From: the human T2T-CHM13v2.0 reference genome, Homo sapiens
DNA: 64,000 bases
Assembly (NCBI RefSeq): GCF_009914755.1
Contig: NC_060932.1
Reading direction: 5' to 3' (one strand)
The translations under genes were made by a program, and so were the position numbers. Shown here one piece after another: positions 31,771-48,060 of the stretch (position 1 is the first letter of the stretch; every line of letters starts with the position of its first letter). The notes below the pieces were generated by a model. It did no database searches, was not told where the DNA came from, and saw only the letters and a program-made list of their open reading frames with translations.

Positions 31771-33259
31771 TTACTGACGTGTTCTCTGTGGACACAGATG
31801 AAGAGAGATTTCACACCCAACATTATAACCAGCTAGTGCTGGTCTACAATACATTTCAGCTAGAATGACAGCTATTTGCATGCAGTAGGTTAACTCCAGG
31901 AGGAATTAAAGAGAGGAATTTTGTTTTTTCCAGCCACTGCATTTGCAAGTCTCTCTCTCTCCAATTTATTGGCCTAGCCATGCAGGTTCACTTTCCTGAA
32001 TCCAGATGAACTGCCTAGATCCTTTGTCTAGCCCTGCCAACCTCAGGCATACATATGCCTTCTCCAAAGACAGACAACAGGTGCAAAAATGTGTTTTCTG
32101 AACAGGCATTGTGGAATCATGGATAATTAGCTGCTGAAGAATTTGCTTTCTGCATAAACCAAATTAGAATTAGCTAAAGTGATAACACCCTTTCTGCTTT
32201 ATGGATATAACATAAAGAGGGACCCATTGCAATCTATCTGTCAGTGATAGTATGGGTCAATAATTTTAGGAAACAGAGGATGCCTGGAGCAAGAACTAAT
32301 TTGTAGCTAACTTCACACTCATGAGCTACTTGAAGGTGTTCTCAAGCTGCCATAGGAACCATCTTGGCTGGGCCCCACAAAAGGCAATATTCTTTTCTTC
32401 ATGCACATTTTATTCACTCCTTTTCTTCATTGTTTTCAGTGTGTTTGTCGTGTCAGAGAGCCTATAGGTTTTGTCTGCCCATCAACCGTATTGTTCAAGG
32501 TCAATATATTCTAGAAATGTGGTGGGCATCCATATAGGAAATTAGTTTTTCAATTCTATTAGAAATGTCAGAAACTTGAATGTATAGGAATTAGGCCAGC
32601 TCAATGCTGATCAAATTTCTCCAACCATTAGAATGCCAGACAGGTTAGCTAAACTATTAGGCACAGACAAGTAACAGAAATTATAAGGAGCAGCCTGATG
32701 GAACTTTAGCATCCAGGTACATTTCATGAGTACTGTCTTCAGTTCTGCCTACTTGACTAGGCTCCTTCACCTTTCTCTTTAAATCTATGTCAACAGACTG
32801 TATTCTATGTGCTTGCCATCCTTACGCATTTGGACATGAGGGTGATGGAGCCAGCCATAAATCATATAGCAGCTTTAAGGTCCTAGAAAAGCATTTCATA
32901 AGAGGTGAGGTCCCAGGATACCAGCGATTTCTTTATGGAGAGATAAACCTCATGCATCATTTCAACATCACTCTCATTTCCCTGTACAACTTTAGGGGTT
33001 TTCAGGTTGCACGTGACCTAATTCAGGTTAGGCATCTTGGGTTGTGGAAAGACTTGGTGAAATTTGTTTGCCACTCTAGCAACATCTAGCAACAAAAATT
33101 CAAAGTTTGTATACATTATGGCAGGTTCGGGGGGACTGTACCTTTTTACCACCTAAAAGACCTGTTAAAACACCATACCACCTCATCCTCAAAGAATGAC
33201 ACCTGAAGAATCATATCTAAACCTGGTTGATAAGGACCCGAAGGACTAGAAGACATTAT

Positions 33260-34460
33260 TGCAGGCAGAATTCTAAAGATATTCCTTCAAAATTCCTGTT
33301 CCCTAGTTAAAACTAGGTATTTCTGTGAGGGAACTTTGTAAATGTAATTAAGGTTGATAATCAGTAGACATTAAGATAGGGACATTATCTTGAGTAAATG
33401 CTATAATTCTAAGGTAACCACTAAAAAATTTAAAAACTACATAGCTGTCATGTCAATAAAGTAGGAAAATAAAATAATAATGATCAATCCAAAAGAAGGC
33501 AAGAAAGGAGAGGAAAAATAGGACAGGGCAAATGGAAAGTTAATGGTAATTACGATCCAACTATATCAATAATTCCTTAATATTAAATTGACTGGTTCAC
33601 TTAATATATAGTGATTATCAATATAATTGAAAACATATAAACTCAATTACATGCTTATTCTTTAAAATTGGTGAAATATTATAAAACCTAGGACATGATC
33701 ATTTTGTAAATATTTTGTGGGTGGTTGGGAAGAATGTGTATTCTCTATGGTTGATCTAGAATTGTACAAATGTTTACTAGATCATACTTATTTGAGTCAT
33801 CCAACTCTCATATATTTTTGTTAAATTTTGCCTGCTTGATCTATAAATAATTATAAGAGATGTGTTTCAATCTCCAATCCTGATGATACTTTTGCCAGCT
33901 TTCCCCTATACTCCTATCAATTTTTGTTGATACATTTTAAAGCTATTTAGTTATATAAATACATGTTAGAATGTTTCAAATTGAGAACATTATCATTTTG
34001 ACATTGCCCCTCTCCATTCTTCCCATCATAGTCATATTGTCTAAAAGTATGCTTCTAGATTATTAGATATATATGTTTTCATTATTTGATGTAGTATTTT
34101 TCTCTCACATATAAACAAACTCTGGAAAGATATTTGATTGCTGTTACTGTGACATCATTTAATATAATCTTCTGTTTTCCTTATCATGTGGTTTCTTCTA
34201 CGAAATGCCTTTCTGATATGTATTTTTACGTCAAATTTTATTTGAATTTATATATTGAAGAGAATTTTAAAACTCATGCCCTCACATTTGAATAATATTT
34301 CAGATTTCTTTTCAGTTAACAATTTAATAATATTAACCCATTGATTTCATGTGTTCAGTATGGCTATGAATGTTGATTTGATTCTTGTTCCTTGGTAGGC
34401 AACCTGTTCTTTTCCTTTAGAAGATTCTAGGATTTTCTCTTTGTTATCATTTTAAATTTC

Positions 34461-34512
<52 letters not shown>

Positions 34513-34900
34513 CTCTTCAATGCCCAGTTTGCGATCTCTGGGTTCTTTCAATCTAAGGTCATTCTCTAACTTTTTAAATGTACAGAAACTTTTTCCATTA
34601 TTTCTTTAAATATTTCCTCCTATTTTGATTTTTCTCTTTTTTGGTGGGGAAATGCTATTCTCTAGATACAGGCAGTTCTATTTCTATTTTCCATATAACT
34701 TAATTTTATTTTTGCATTCCTACTTTTTTTCTTTCCTTGTTCTTTTCTGTCAGAGTTTGCCAACCTGATATTCCAAATTTCTGCTTCATTAAGCAATTGT
34801 ATCCATTCTACTATTAATTTCATGTCTTGTGACTTTACTTCTTTGTCTCTTGGTTCTTTTTTTAAATATTTTTGTTATTGTTCTGCTGATAACGTCCCTT
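33260..34900. mobile_element. MLT1-like fragment (about 33260-33400) followed by old L1ME-like fragments
   Basis: ggcagaattctaaag...gtaattaaggtt; aagaatgtgtattct-type L1 motifs; heavily diverged. Confidence 0.5.
34463..34507. repeat. (GT)n microsatellite, about 22 units
   Basis: Seen directly. Confidence 0.97.
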
Positions 34901-35559
34901 AGATTTGCATCCAAGTAATTTCAAAGCGTATTTATAAACACGCTTTCAGATTTTTACTGAAAATTTACAGTTAATGTGGGGATGTGGCTGTATTTTAGTG
35001 TATTTAATATGATGTGTGCTAGGACCTGCAAAGGAAAGAGTGCCTATGGACCCCAATAAACTAAACTGTTTCTGCTTCTGCTAGAGGCAGAATTTTAAAA
35101 GGTCTGAATAAAGAAGTAAAAGCTAGGGTTTGCAGGATTACACAGAATGTAGCAGTAATAGTTTGGGACATTAGAGAAGATTTGTTGGAAGTCCGTCTGA
35201 GCAGGGACTGTATGGGCTGTTCGGCATTCAATAGCTGTCCTATAATGGTGTCCCCAGCCATGGAATGTTAAAATCACAGCGTTTGCAACATTTTCTGCAA
35301 ACATGCATTTTGCCTGGTTCTAGCTAAACTGTTTGCATGGTATATTAATGTAATGGGAAGAAACTTGATTGCTGTCAGTAACCAGAATATGTTTATATTT
35401 GTTTCTTTTCTCACTGTAACTGGAAGTTAATTAAAAAAGCGATGGTCTAAGTAAAAGATATAAGCAAAAGCGTCACCAGGCACCACCCTAACCTGAGAAT
35501 TGACAATTAGGAATCCTTTCTTTTTTAACAATAAACTGACTGGCGTATCAATGCTGAGA

Positions 35560-35755
35560 CGCTTCTCTTGAGTGCTCAGCTGCCTGCCAGCAGCGCGTTA
35601 CCTACTTCCAATCACCTCCCGCTTCGTCTGTGCGCTTTTCCTCTCCGCAGCCTTCCTGGGCCGCCTCACGCGCGCTCAGCCCTGCGCGAGCTGCGCCTCT
35701 CCAGCTCTCAACGTCTCAACTGCTGTTCATCGCCAGGGCTCTAAGACAGCGAGCC
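35560..35755 (+). promoter_or_regulatory. ADAM5: Small CpG-rich promoter/5'UTR of ADAM5
   Basis: Local CpG cluster (gcgcg, cacgcgcgc, ctgcgcgagctgcgc) in AT-rich surroundings; CCAAT at 35608; MYB-type CAACTG at 35717; directly upstream of gccATG. Confidence 0.75.
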
Positions 35756-35810
35756 ATGTTCCTTCTTCTGGTGCTTCTCACTGGACTTGGTGGGATGCAT
35801 GCAGACCTCA
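35756..35810 (+). pseudogene. ADAM5: ADAM5 exon 1 coding part, signal peptide MFLLLVLLTGLGGMHADL (55 nt)
   Basis: gccATG context, hydrophobic leader, GTAAGT donor at 35811. Confidence 0.92.
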
Positions 35811-36547
35811 GTAAGTCCAGGAATCCAGGCTTCCGAGGGAGACCTTGTTCACTCTTTCCACGGCCCAGGTCCAGCCCAGACTTTACCCTGGCTCCACGCT
35901 CTCCCGCTTTCTCCTGGCCCCTTGCTTCAAGGTCTGTGGCCAAAAAGGCAGAGAGGCAGCCTCCGACAGAAAATCGTTTAACTTCTCTGGGATGGCTTCC
36001 TGATGCGGAAAATGAACAAAAATGAAATATGTGGTTTTTTCCACATACAAAATTCTGCTACTCTACGAATAATTGCATCACTGTAAAAAAAGCTATCTAT
36101 CAAGGATTTACTGATTTGGCAACTGTTATCCTCCACCTGCCCCATTGAAAAGTGCAGATCATCCTTGTATTCAATATTCTATATTTGTCCCTGCAAAACC
36201 TTTCTTGATGCATCTGTGTTTTCTCATTTCCACATCTGTTTATAACACTGAATCTGGTACTTAGTGTTAACTTAGCTGTGCCAGTGCCAACTGTGCGTGT
36301 GTGTGTGTGTCTGTGTGTGTGTTGAGAGAGGGATTTGCAGGGGAGAATGGGAATAAAAATTTGAGATCTTGACCAGGGGTCAGAAATTTGTAGGTAAGAA
36401 TGACTAGAAAGACAGTGGAAAGGGCGAGATGTGTAGATTATTTTAAAAATAGCTGCTAATGTAGAGAAACAAATGCAGAATCAGAGTTAGAAATGAATAA
36501 CATAAGACCACAGGTATCAAAATAACATAGTTTATATTTATTTTTAG

Positions 36548-36627
36548 ATCCTCATAAAATCTTCCTACAGACCACAATTCCAGAGAAGATTTCATCATCG
36601 GATGCAAAAACAGATCCAGAACATAAT
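36548..36627 (+). pseudogene. ADAM5: ADAM5 exon 2 (80 nt), NPHKIFLQTTIPEKISSSDAKTDPEHN
   Basis: tttttag acceptor and GTAATT donor; in frame with exon 1; ADAM prodomain motif T-I-P-E-K-I. Confidence 0.9.
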
Positions 36628-36915
36628 GTAATTTTAATAATATTTTTACTATGAAATGTTGTTCAAGTTACGTTTAATGTCAAGACCAAAGGTGCTGAAT
36701 GTGGGCAGGATTGCACTTCTTGGAGGCAGAGCTGACAGCTGAGAACAGGTTCACAAGAGGGAGCATTTTGATGTTTACGAATGTGTGAGACTGTGTGTGT
36801 GTGTTTCTGTTGATGATGAAGGATTTTAGGGATAAGATCCCTTGGGGCCAAAATGCTAGGTATAGGATCCCCCAAGTTTGAAATTTAAGGAGGTAGCAGA
36901 AAACTTGGATCCCCC

Positions 36916-37102
36916 CAGGACCAGGATTAGGGTGAGGCAAGTGAAATGAATCATGTAACTACAGGATCAGATCCTGTCTGTCTTGAAAATTTTGGTATTT
37001 TTTTCATCATGGTGTTTTTTTGCATTGATTTTTAAAAAGGTTGCATTAAGATATGATTTATCTTGATAACTGAGTTTTCTGGTATCCTAGTTCTAGCCCT
37101 AG
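36916..37102. mobile_element. MER96B-like hAT MITE
   Basis: caggaccaggattagggtgaggcaag ... cctagttctagccctag imperfect inverted termini; recalled consensus. Confidence 0.5.
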
Positions 37103-37877
37103 TGATCCCCTAGTGATTTGTCTTAGCTTTTACTAAGTCAGTGAGGATCTGAATAGTGATGACCTCTGGGCAGGCTTATCTGTTAATGATCACATCAATT
37201 TCACAGTCCGAGATTGGATGGTAGTGAATGGTCCTTCTCTAATAATTCAGCAGGAGAATACTTCTCACATGGCTTCTTCCAGTATAAGATAATCTATTGT
37301 TATTTAGTAATTATAGGCCTCCAAATTTTTTTTTCCGTTTAGTGGTTTCAGAAATCTTTCCTCTCTGTTTCACATAAGGATATACTATTTATATCTTTTC
37401 CCCTTCCCCATATACCCTTTCTTTACCTTTTCTTCCTCTAGTAGCTGAGTTTTATTTACCAACATGCTTATCATGCAGCTTTGAACACCCCTCCACGCTG
37501 CCTCCCAAGTGAATTACTAGCTATGCTGTGGTGTATGAGCCCTATGACAGCTTCCCTTTCTGATTGGAAAGAAGAGGTGACATTACATCTTTGTTTAATT
37601 TCCTTTTTCCTGAGATCAGTAATGCCAACTCTCCCTTTCCATTGTTTATCACTGATAATCTTTGAATTTCTCACATGTCTAATTTCCAGAATTTTTATAA
37701 AGGCATTTGTAATATGGAAATTCAGTGTGTTTCTTTTAACTATAATGATTTAAAAATTTACATTGTAATATATTTTAGCAACAGAAAATTATAATTATTG
37801 TGGGATGTGATTTTATTTGAATATGTTTGGTATCATATGGGGTAGGACCTGCAAAAGTAAAAGTGCCTAAGGATGTA

Positions 37878-38015
37878 CAGTTATAAGATTTTGTAAATAA
37901 AAATACAGAATACCCAGTTAAATGCATGTGTACATAAAGATAAAAGAGAAATACTACATGAGGCTTACTTATACTAAATTATTTGTTGTTCACCTGAAAT
38001 AAATTATAAGCATCT
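37878..38015. mobile_element. MER53-like DNA element
   Basis: aaataaaaatacagaatacccagttaaat...ttatactaaattatttgttgtt matches the recalled consensus. Confidence 0.5.
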
Positions 38016-38169
38016 AAATTACATACTTCCTTCTAAAATTACAGCTTCCTGATGATTTGACTTCCCCTAACAGTTCTCTGTTTTGTAGAATTTGCTTGCA
38101 GTTATAGTCTGTTTCATTTAGATCGCAACATAATTTCTACAGTGGTCACACCCAATGTATTTTATTCTT

Positions 38170-39510
<1,341 letters not shown>

Positions 39511-40543
39511 CAGCCATTAAGACCCTATCTCCAAATATGGTCACATTTTGAGGTGCTGGGGATTAGTATTTCATCTAATGAATTTTTAGGGGGTTACAAT
39601 TCAGCTTATATCAGTTGGATATTGTATATGAAAAGATGTGGAGGCTCTGGATAATGTGTCTTTCGAGAGTTTTTTCCTTCTATTGGTTGGTTTTGTACAT
39701 TTTTGGTTTATTTTAGTTTTTTTGTTTTAGCTTTGTAAGATATGTGGATTTTAAATTTTATTGTTGCTTTCATATTATCCTTTAATTTTAATCTTATTTG
39801 TTTAATATCAAAGGATTTTAGAGGGCACAATTTTAAAGGTCCCTTCCAAATTCCACTTATACTTCTTTTCACAATGCCATTCAACCGATTCCTCACAGAA
39901 CATTTACCTGAATCAAAGTAGCTTGTTATGCTCCAGTATAAAGTTGAGGAATTGAAAACTGTTAAATGCTATTTCTTAAATTAACCAAATACATAATTTA
40001 ATGACCATTGCATTTTCTGTTATCTTCTATGGTGTTCTCTAGACATGTCTTTAGTCTCCCTGTATTCTCTCCTACATTCTATTCCAGAGGAGTTTGATTG
40101 CTCACACAGATAAGTAAAATGCAATGGCTTTTGATGTTATATTGCTAGAAGTATATTACATTTCTTGTACTTATATCTTTTGGGAGGGTCTCTTTCAATG
40201 AGCAGGACAATTTACCTTCCAGGAGAGCTCTAGGTAAGCAACCAATGGGTCCTCACAATTAGTTGTGAGTTGATGATGGGGTCTGTCTGAACTGAAAGAC
40301 AATAATCATCAGATAAGCTTCTCCCTCAGAGGTGTGAGTAATAGTGAATAGCAGGCAAGTGAGTGCTTTATCACTTAGTTCTCAATGCAGAATTCTGAAG
40401 CTCCAAGTATCTGTGTGGGAAGGAAAGCCAATATAATGGTTACAGGTTGTTATTAATTTTGTCAATATTTTAAACTCTAATTTGGAGAAGATACACTATT
40501 TGGCATGTGTTATTATTGAATTTTTCTAATAATTTTGTTATAG

Positions 40544-40597
40544 GTTATTTACATGATTACCATAGGGAAAGCCATATTTTGTCCATCTCAAAAAGCA
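40544..40597 (+). pseudogene. ADAM5: ADAM5 exon 3 (54 nt, frameshifted): VIYMITI / GKPYFVHLKK
   Basis: ttatag acceptor and GTAAGT donor; the prodomain motif Y-x-I-x-I-x-G-K-P-Y-x-x-H-L is split over two frames. Confidence 0.9.
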
Positions 40598-40669
40598 GTA
40601 AGTAATTAGTTTGTCCTTTCAAATTTTAATACTTTGGCTTCTTAATTTCTAAAAGTATGTATAAGTAGA

Positions 40670-42900
<2,231 letters not shown>

Positions 42901-42932
42901 GAGAACAAGTAACTCTTTCTACATTTTCTGTT

Positions 42933-43295
42933 TGTATTAGTCTGTTTTCACACTGCTGATAAAGACATACCCAAGACTGGGCAATTTACAAAAGAAAGAG
43001 GTTTATTGGACTTACAGTTCCACATGGCTGGGGAGGCCTCACAATCATGGTGGAAGACGAGGAGCAAGTCACCTCTTACGTGGATGGCAGCAGGCAAAGA
43101 GAGAGCTTGTGCAGAGAAACTCCCGTTTTTAAAACCATCAGATCTCATGAGACCCATTGATTATCACAAGAACAGCATGGGAAAGACTCGCCCCCATGAT
43201 TCAGTCATCTCCCACTGGGTCCCTCCCACAACATGTAGGAATTATGGGAGCCGCAAGATGAGATTTGGGTGGGGACACAGAGCCAAACCGTATCA
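42933..43295 (-). mobile_element. THE1-family solo LTR
   Basis: tgtattagtctgttttcacactgctgataaagac ... ccaaaccgtatca; 5-bp TSD ctgtt / ctgtc. Confidence 0.92.
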
Positions 43296-43652
43296 CTGTC
43301 CTAACCTTACACTTTAATTTTGAAACTTTGGTATAAAATCTAAAATCAATGAGTGAAATAGACAAAGACTAGAAAGTTCTATGCTGGAAATTGGGACCTA
43401 TGCTATTTCCTCTTCATGTCTCTAGCAATCTGAGTTGCTCACTTATCTGCATTTTTGTATTGTATGTTATTCTAGTTAAAATGTCTCACTAAGCACCTAA
43501 TTCAGTTTAAGTGCTAGAAATGCATGGACAATAATAAAACAAGTCGATTAGCACTACTTTAAATTTTTCAGTAAAAAGAAAATTTGTATAAGAATATTTT
43601 TTCTACCTTTTTGGTTTCACAACTTGAGCATGTTTTTATTATTTTTGCCTAG

Positions 43653-43731
43653 ATCAATTTTATCTTCAGCTTCTGTTATTAATTCTTATGACGAAAATGA
43701 CATCCGTCATTCCAAACCTCTGCTAGTTCAG
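43653..43731 (+). pseudogene. ADAM5: ADAM5 exon 4 (79 nt), SILSSASVINSYDENDIRHSKPLLVQ
   Basis: tttttgcctag acceptor and GTAAGA donor; phase 2-0. Confidence 0.9.
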
Positions 43732-44061
43732 GTAAGAATTAGGTTATTTTTTTCTTATGTATTTGTAATTCTAGATTTCTTTAAAAAGACAAATATTCTA
43801 TAATAACTAGAATGTTATTTTACATATTCGCTGAAATTGAATAACTTGGGCTGGTGCTTATTTCTACATGGCACAAATTTATTAGGTAATTGCCAATCAT
43901 ATTAAAGTAGAAATGTAGCTAAAGTAATAAATAGTAAATGTAGCTAAAGTAAAAAATAAATAAAAAATATAAAGTAATACATATAAATAAATATAAATAA
44001 AATATATGGGGTGTTTATTTTAAAAATAAGTTATCCATTAATTTTTCTTTTTTTTTCCTAG

Positions 44062-44138
44062 ATGGATTGCATTTATAATGGATATGTTGCGGGTATTCCA
44101 AATTCTCTTGTGACTCTCAGCGTATGTTCAGGACTCAG
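44062..44138 (+). pseudogene. ADAM5: ADAM5 exon 5 (77 nt), MDCIYNGYVAGIPNSLVTLSVCSGLR
   Basis: Strong acceptor and GTTGTA donor; canonical ADAM prodomain motif C-x-Y-x-G...S-x-C-S-G-L-R. Confidence 0.93.
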
Positions 44139-44906
44139 GTTGTAGACTACTTAAAGATACTCAATTTGCCAGTATTATATCCTGCTAGCCTATGAATTAA
44201 TTCTCCATGTATCTGTTCTAATTCTATAATCACCTTTGTTATATTTCAGTTCCTTAAGGACTGAACCAAAATTACTAATAAAATAGTATTGATATTCTAG
44301 CAGTATCTGTTCCTGATGAGAGGCTACCTGTTGATACTGACAGGATCTGCTGCTTTAGGCTTTAAGAAAGGTTGAGTGTAGGGAGATTGATTGGTCTCCT
44401 CATACTTTTTTAGTTTTCTCAAATTCTGTTATTGTCCAATTTCCTAATGTCCTAGAAAAATTGACAATTGTGGAATGCATGGGACTAATGGACGCTGGCT
44501 CTGCAGTCAGTCATTATTAGGCATATGGTACCTTCAATCCAGCCCACACAAACAAATGATTTAGGGTATCAAGTGTCAGAGGAGAGTTAAGTGTATCAAA
44601 GAGAAGGAATCAAAGACTAAAGAAGAGACTGCCTAGAGATTCTACAGGCTGGTTAGAAAATATACATAATAGAAAGGGGTTTCAACCTGTTTAAGTGCAC
44701 AGATCCATGCCACCACCATGCTTTCTTGAAGATAATCACAGATTTGTAATGTAAGGTAATATGTATCCTGTGATATAGTCGTCTAGTTCTGGTGTAAGAA
44801 AGACCCCAAAAGATAAAGAGATAAAAGTAAAAAAAAAAAAAGCTAAGGTCACTTTAGATCTTAAAAACTGTGGCCCAAATTTCTCGTTATAATATTATGG
44901 TTTTAG

Positions 44907-45228
<322 letters not shown>

Positions 45229-45259
45229 TCAGACTTGTTTCGATTGTCTTAACACTCAG

Positions 45260-45432
45260 GGGAACAATGCAGCTGAAAAACATCTCATATGGAATTGAAC
45301 CGATGGAGGCTGTTATCAGGATTTATACACAAGATTTATGAAGAAAAATATGCTGACACTAATATTCTCTTAGAAGAAAATGACACTTATACTTGGTTTA
45401 ATTCAGAGTATCAAGTCAGAAAAAGTTCAGAA
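45260..45432 (+). pseudogene. ADAM5: ADAM5 exon 6 (173 nt, +1 frameshift): GTMQLKNISYGIEPMEAV / SGFIHKIYEEKYADTNILLEENDTYTWFNSEYQVRKSSE
   Basis: ctcag acceptor and GTAAGT donor at 45433; the YGIEP and F-x-H-x-I-Y motifs lie in different frames. Confidence 0.9.
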
Positions 45433-46305
45433 GTAAGTATTGACTCTTTTATTTTAATTTAGTATAATTTTGTGTAATAAAAAATACTTTCAGAGCCAAG
45501 ATTTGGTGACTTACAAATCTTAAAACTATTTTACTTCTTCATGAGGGCCCTACATGACTTTTAAAATGGCAAGAGAATAAACTTATGTTTGTCATTATGC
45601 TTGCCGTTAGATGAAAGCTTAGCAAAAACTTAATCTTAGAAATATAAAGATATGAATATAGTATAAAAGAAACTGAAACATTAATTTTCATATGTGAACA
45701 TTTAGATAATTAATGTAAAATATTCTTTTTCTTCAATTACTCAGAAAATTTAGGGGAGAATATCATACAACCTGGATTTCTCAGTTGAGAGTTCAAAAAT
45801 GGATGAGCAACTTACATAAAGTACATGTAAAGCAAAGTGATGATTTTTTTTCTCTACCAAGACCTATAGACTGCTCTAAATAACATGTCTGGCTCTAGCA
45901 AATTGCCATTGGTTGTAAATTTTAATATTTTTCTAGACTACATTGTTTGCCAGAAGTAACTTCCTAGTAATTGGTAGCAGAAAATCTGCTTGCGTGAAAG
46001 ATTAGTATGAAAATTATCAAAAGGCTAAGAAAAACCAAAGCTGTATGTTATAAACTGAAAATTTCAGTTTCAATTATTATAAAAGTAAAAGATTCCTGAG
46101 TTTTTACGTATCTTGAGAAGTCTAATAGAAAAGTCTTACTACCCAGGGCACTTTGAACTGGAATCTTCTGAATAGCACCTAATTTTGTACTTGAAAACAG
46201 CCTCGTTATGTAATCAGGAGCAATGTATCTTTCAGTGTATCTCTCAATATAATTTCAGTAGAAGGTAAATTTTTGTAAGCTCCTCATGACTCGTGTGTTT
46301 TTCAG

Positions 46306-46371
46306 AAAACTGACTTTATTAAGTTATTCCCTCGATATATTGAAATGCATATTGTTGTGGACAAAAATTTG
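46306..46371 (+). pseudogene. ADAM5: ADAM5 exon 7 (66 nt), KTDFIKLFPRYIEMHIVVDKNL
   Basis: tttttcag acceptor and GTAAGT donor; RYIEMHIVVD marks the start of the reprolysin-like domain. Confidence 0.93.
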
Positions 46372-47744
46372 GTAAGTCTTACTTTATGCATTGTTATTTT
46401 AAAATTAATATATCTCTTTAACTTGATTTCAGTGAGGCAATGGAAATTACCAACCATTCTATTTTACGTTTGCGATGAACACATTCATACAAATTAATCA
46501 AGTTTTTGTTATTTTGTATACAGCATCTACTCACTTTTGCAAAGTGAAGCATCTTAATTTCTAAAGCTTGTTGACATTTTTGATTTTTCAAAAAACCTAC
46601 ATCCTCAGTGAAAGGATAGGTTACAACTCCCTTAAGCCCTCAACCCTCATATACAATAATAATATTTAACTGTCTCAGTCTAATTGGAAGGATGGTCTAC
46701 AAAACAAATATGCCACTTCTTTAAAGCAAAAGGAGAAAACATATTATCACCTGTTTTCTTCTCAGTTCTAGGTAAATGAAACAAAAAGAAAAACCAATGA
46801 ATAAAATACTCATATTGAGAATTCATGACTATACTTTGGATCTCTTATGAATTTAGGCTCCGAATATTTGTTACCTATGTGGTTAGGATTCTAATCCATG
46901 AGGCTACATTTGTCCCAGATTGGTAAAAGCTGAGGGTGCATGATGGAAGCAAATAGTATTTATATCTGGAGGAATGTCACTTCAAGCAGAATACCTCAGG
47001 ATTCCTACAGATTAATATCAGCCATACATAAATGGGCTTACAATCCGTAAGGAAATAAAACACCATGAACAATGGTTAGCAAAATAAAAAATATATGTAT
47101 GGCTAATATTCATTTTTTAAAAATATAGTTATGATTGGCAGAACAATAATTTATTTACTTGCCAAGATTTAACATTTCCCTTTGGGGACTTACAAAGTTA
47201 TAAAGGCAATCCCATGTATAATTAAATCTCCCTGCAAATATGCATTTAAAAGAAGTTTTAATATTCGGTGGTGAACTTTGAGAGGAAAGGTTAGAAACAA
47301 TAAAAAGTATCTGGTGAGGTAGGAGTGGGGCTAAGTAAGATGAGTAGTCCTCACTTAGTTACTTATTTTTTATGATTTTTAGCTTAAGATCTTCTATTTC
47401 TTCACTTTGATATTTTGGACATTTTTCTGGGCTGTCAGGGGATGCTCCCTCAGTTTTTCAGGCTTTGACTTGAGTGTGATGTATTCAGGAGTTGATTTTT
47501 GTAACTTTTACTGCTGAGGGGTTTGAAAGAAGAACAGTGTAGGGCTCTTCCCAGCTTGGCTTATTAAGGAGAGATAAGAGTTTTTACTAATACTAAGTTT
47601 CCTGGGTTAAATAAAGATGGTTCCTGTTGGAAGTGAGCTAGAGAGGTTATATGTTTAACCAGTTTAGAGGTTTTCTGCCTGAAAACAATTTTTGAGCACA
47701 TTGATAAGTTTTATCCTTTTTCAAGTGAAAAGCTTGGTGAAGGA

Positions 47745-48060
47745 TTTTTTTTTTTTTTTTTTTTTGAGACAGAGTCTCACTCTGTCACCCAGACTGGTGT
47801 TCAGTGGCACTGTATTGGCTCACTGGGTTGGCTCACTGGCTCACTGGGTCAACCTCTGTCTCCTGGGTTCAAGCAATTCTCCTGCCTCAGCCTCTTGAGC
47901 AGTTGGGATTACAGGTGCCCACCACCACGCTCAGCTATTTTAAAAAAATTTTTAGTAGAGATGGGGTTTCACCATGTCTTGAACTCCTGACCTCAGGTGA
48001 TCTGCCTGCCTCAGCCTCCCAAAGCGCTGGGATTACAGGCGTGAGCCACCATGCCTGGCC
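47745..48060 (-). mobile_element. Alu inside the ERV, with internal rearrangement
   Basis: Imperfect TSD tggt(g/a)aaggatttt. Confidence 0.92.

Noticed and set aside
31800-33250. Possible ancient ERV internal sequence (minus-strand KVVQGNESDVEM faintly resembles a gag major homology region)
   Set aside because: Similarity is too weak to call by eye and the frame has stops; needs a Dfam or HMM search
35630-36025. 131-aa ORF over the ADAM5 start
   Set aside because: Only 35756-35810 is exon 1 coding sequence; the rest is 5'UTR and intron read-through past the GTAAGT donor
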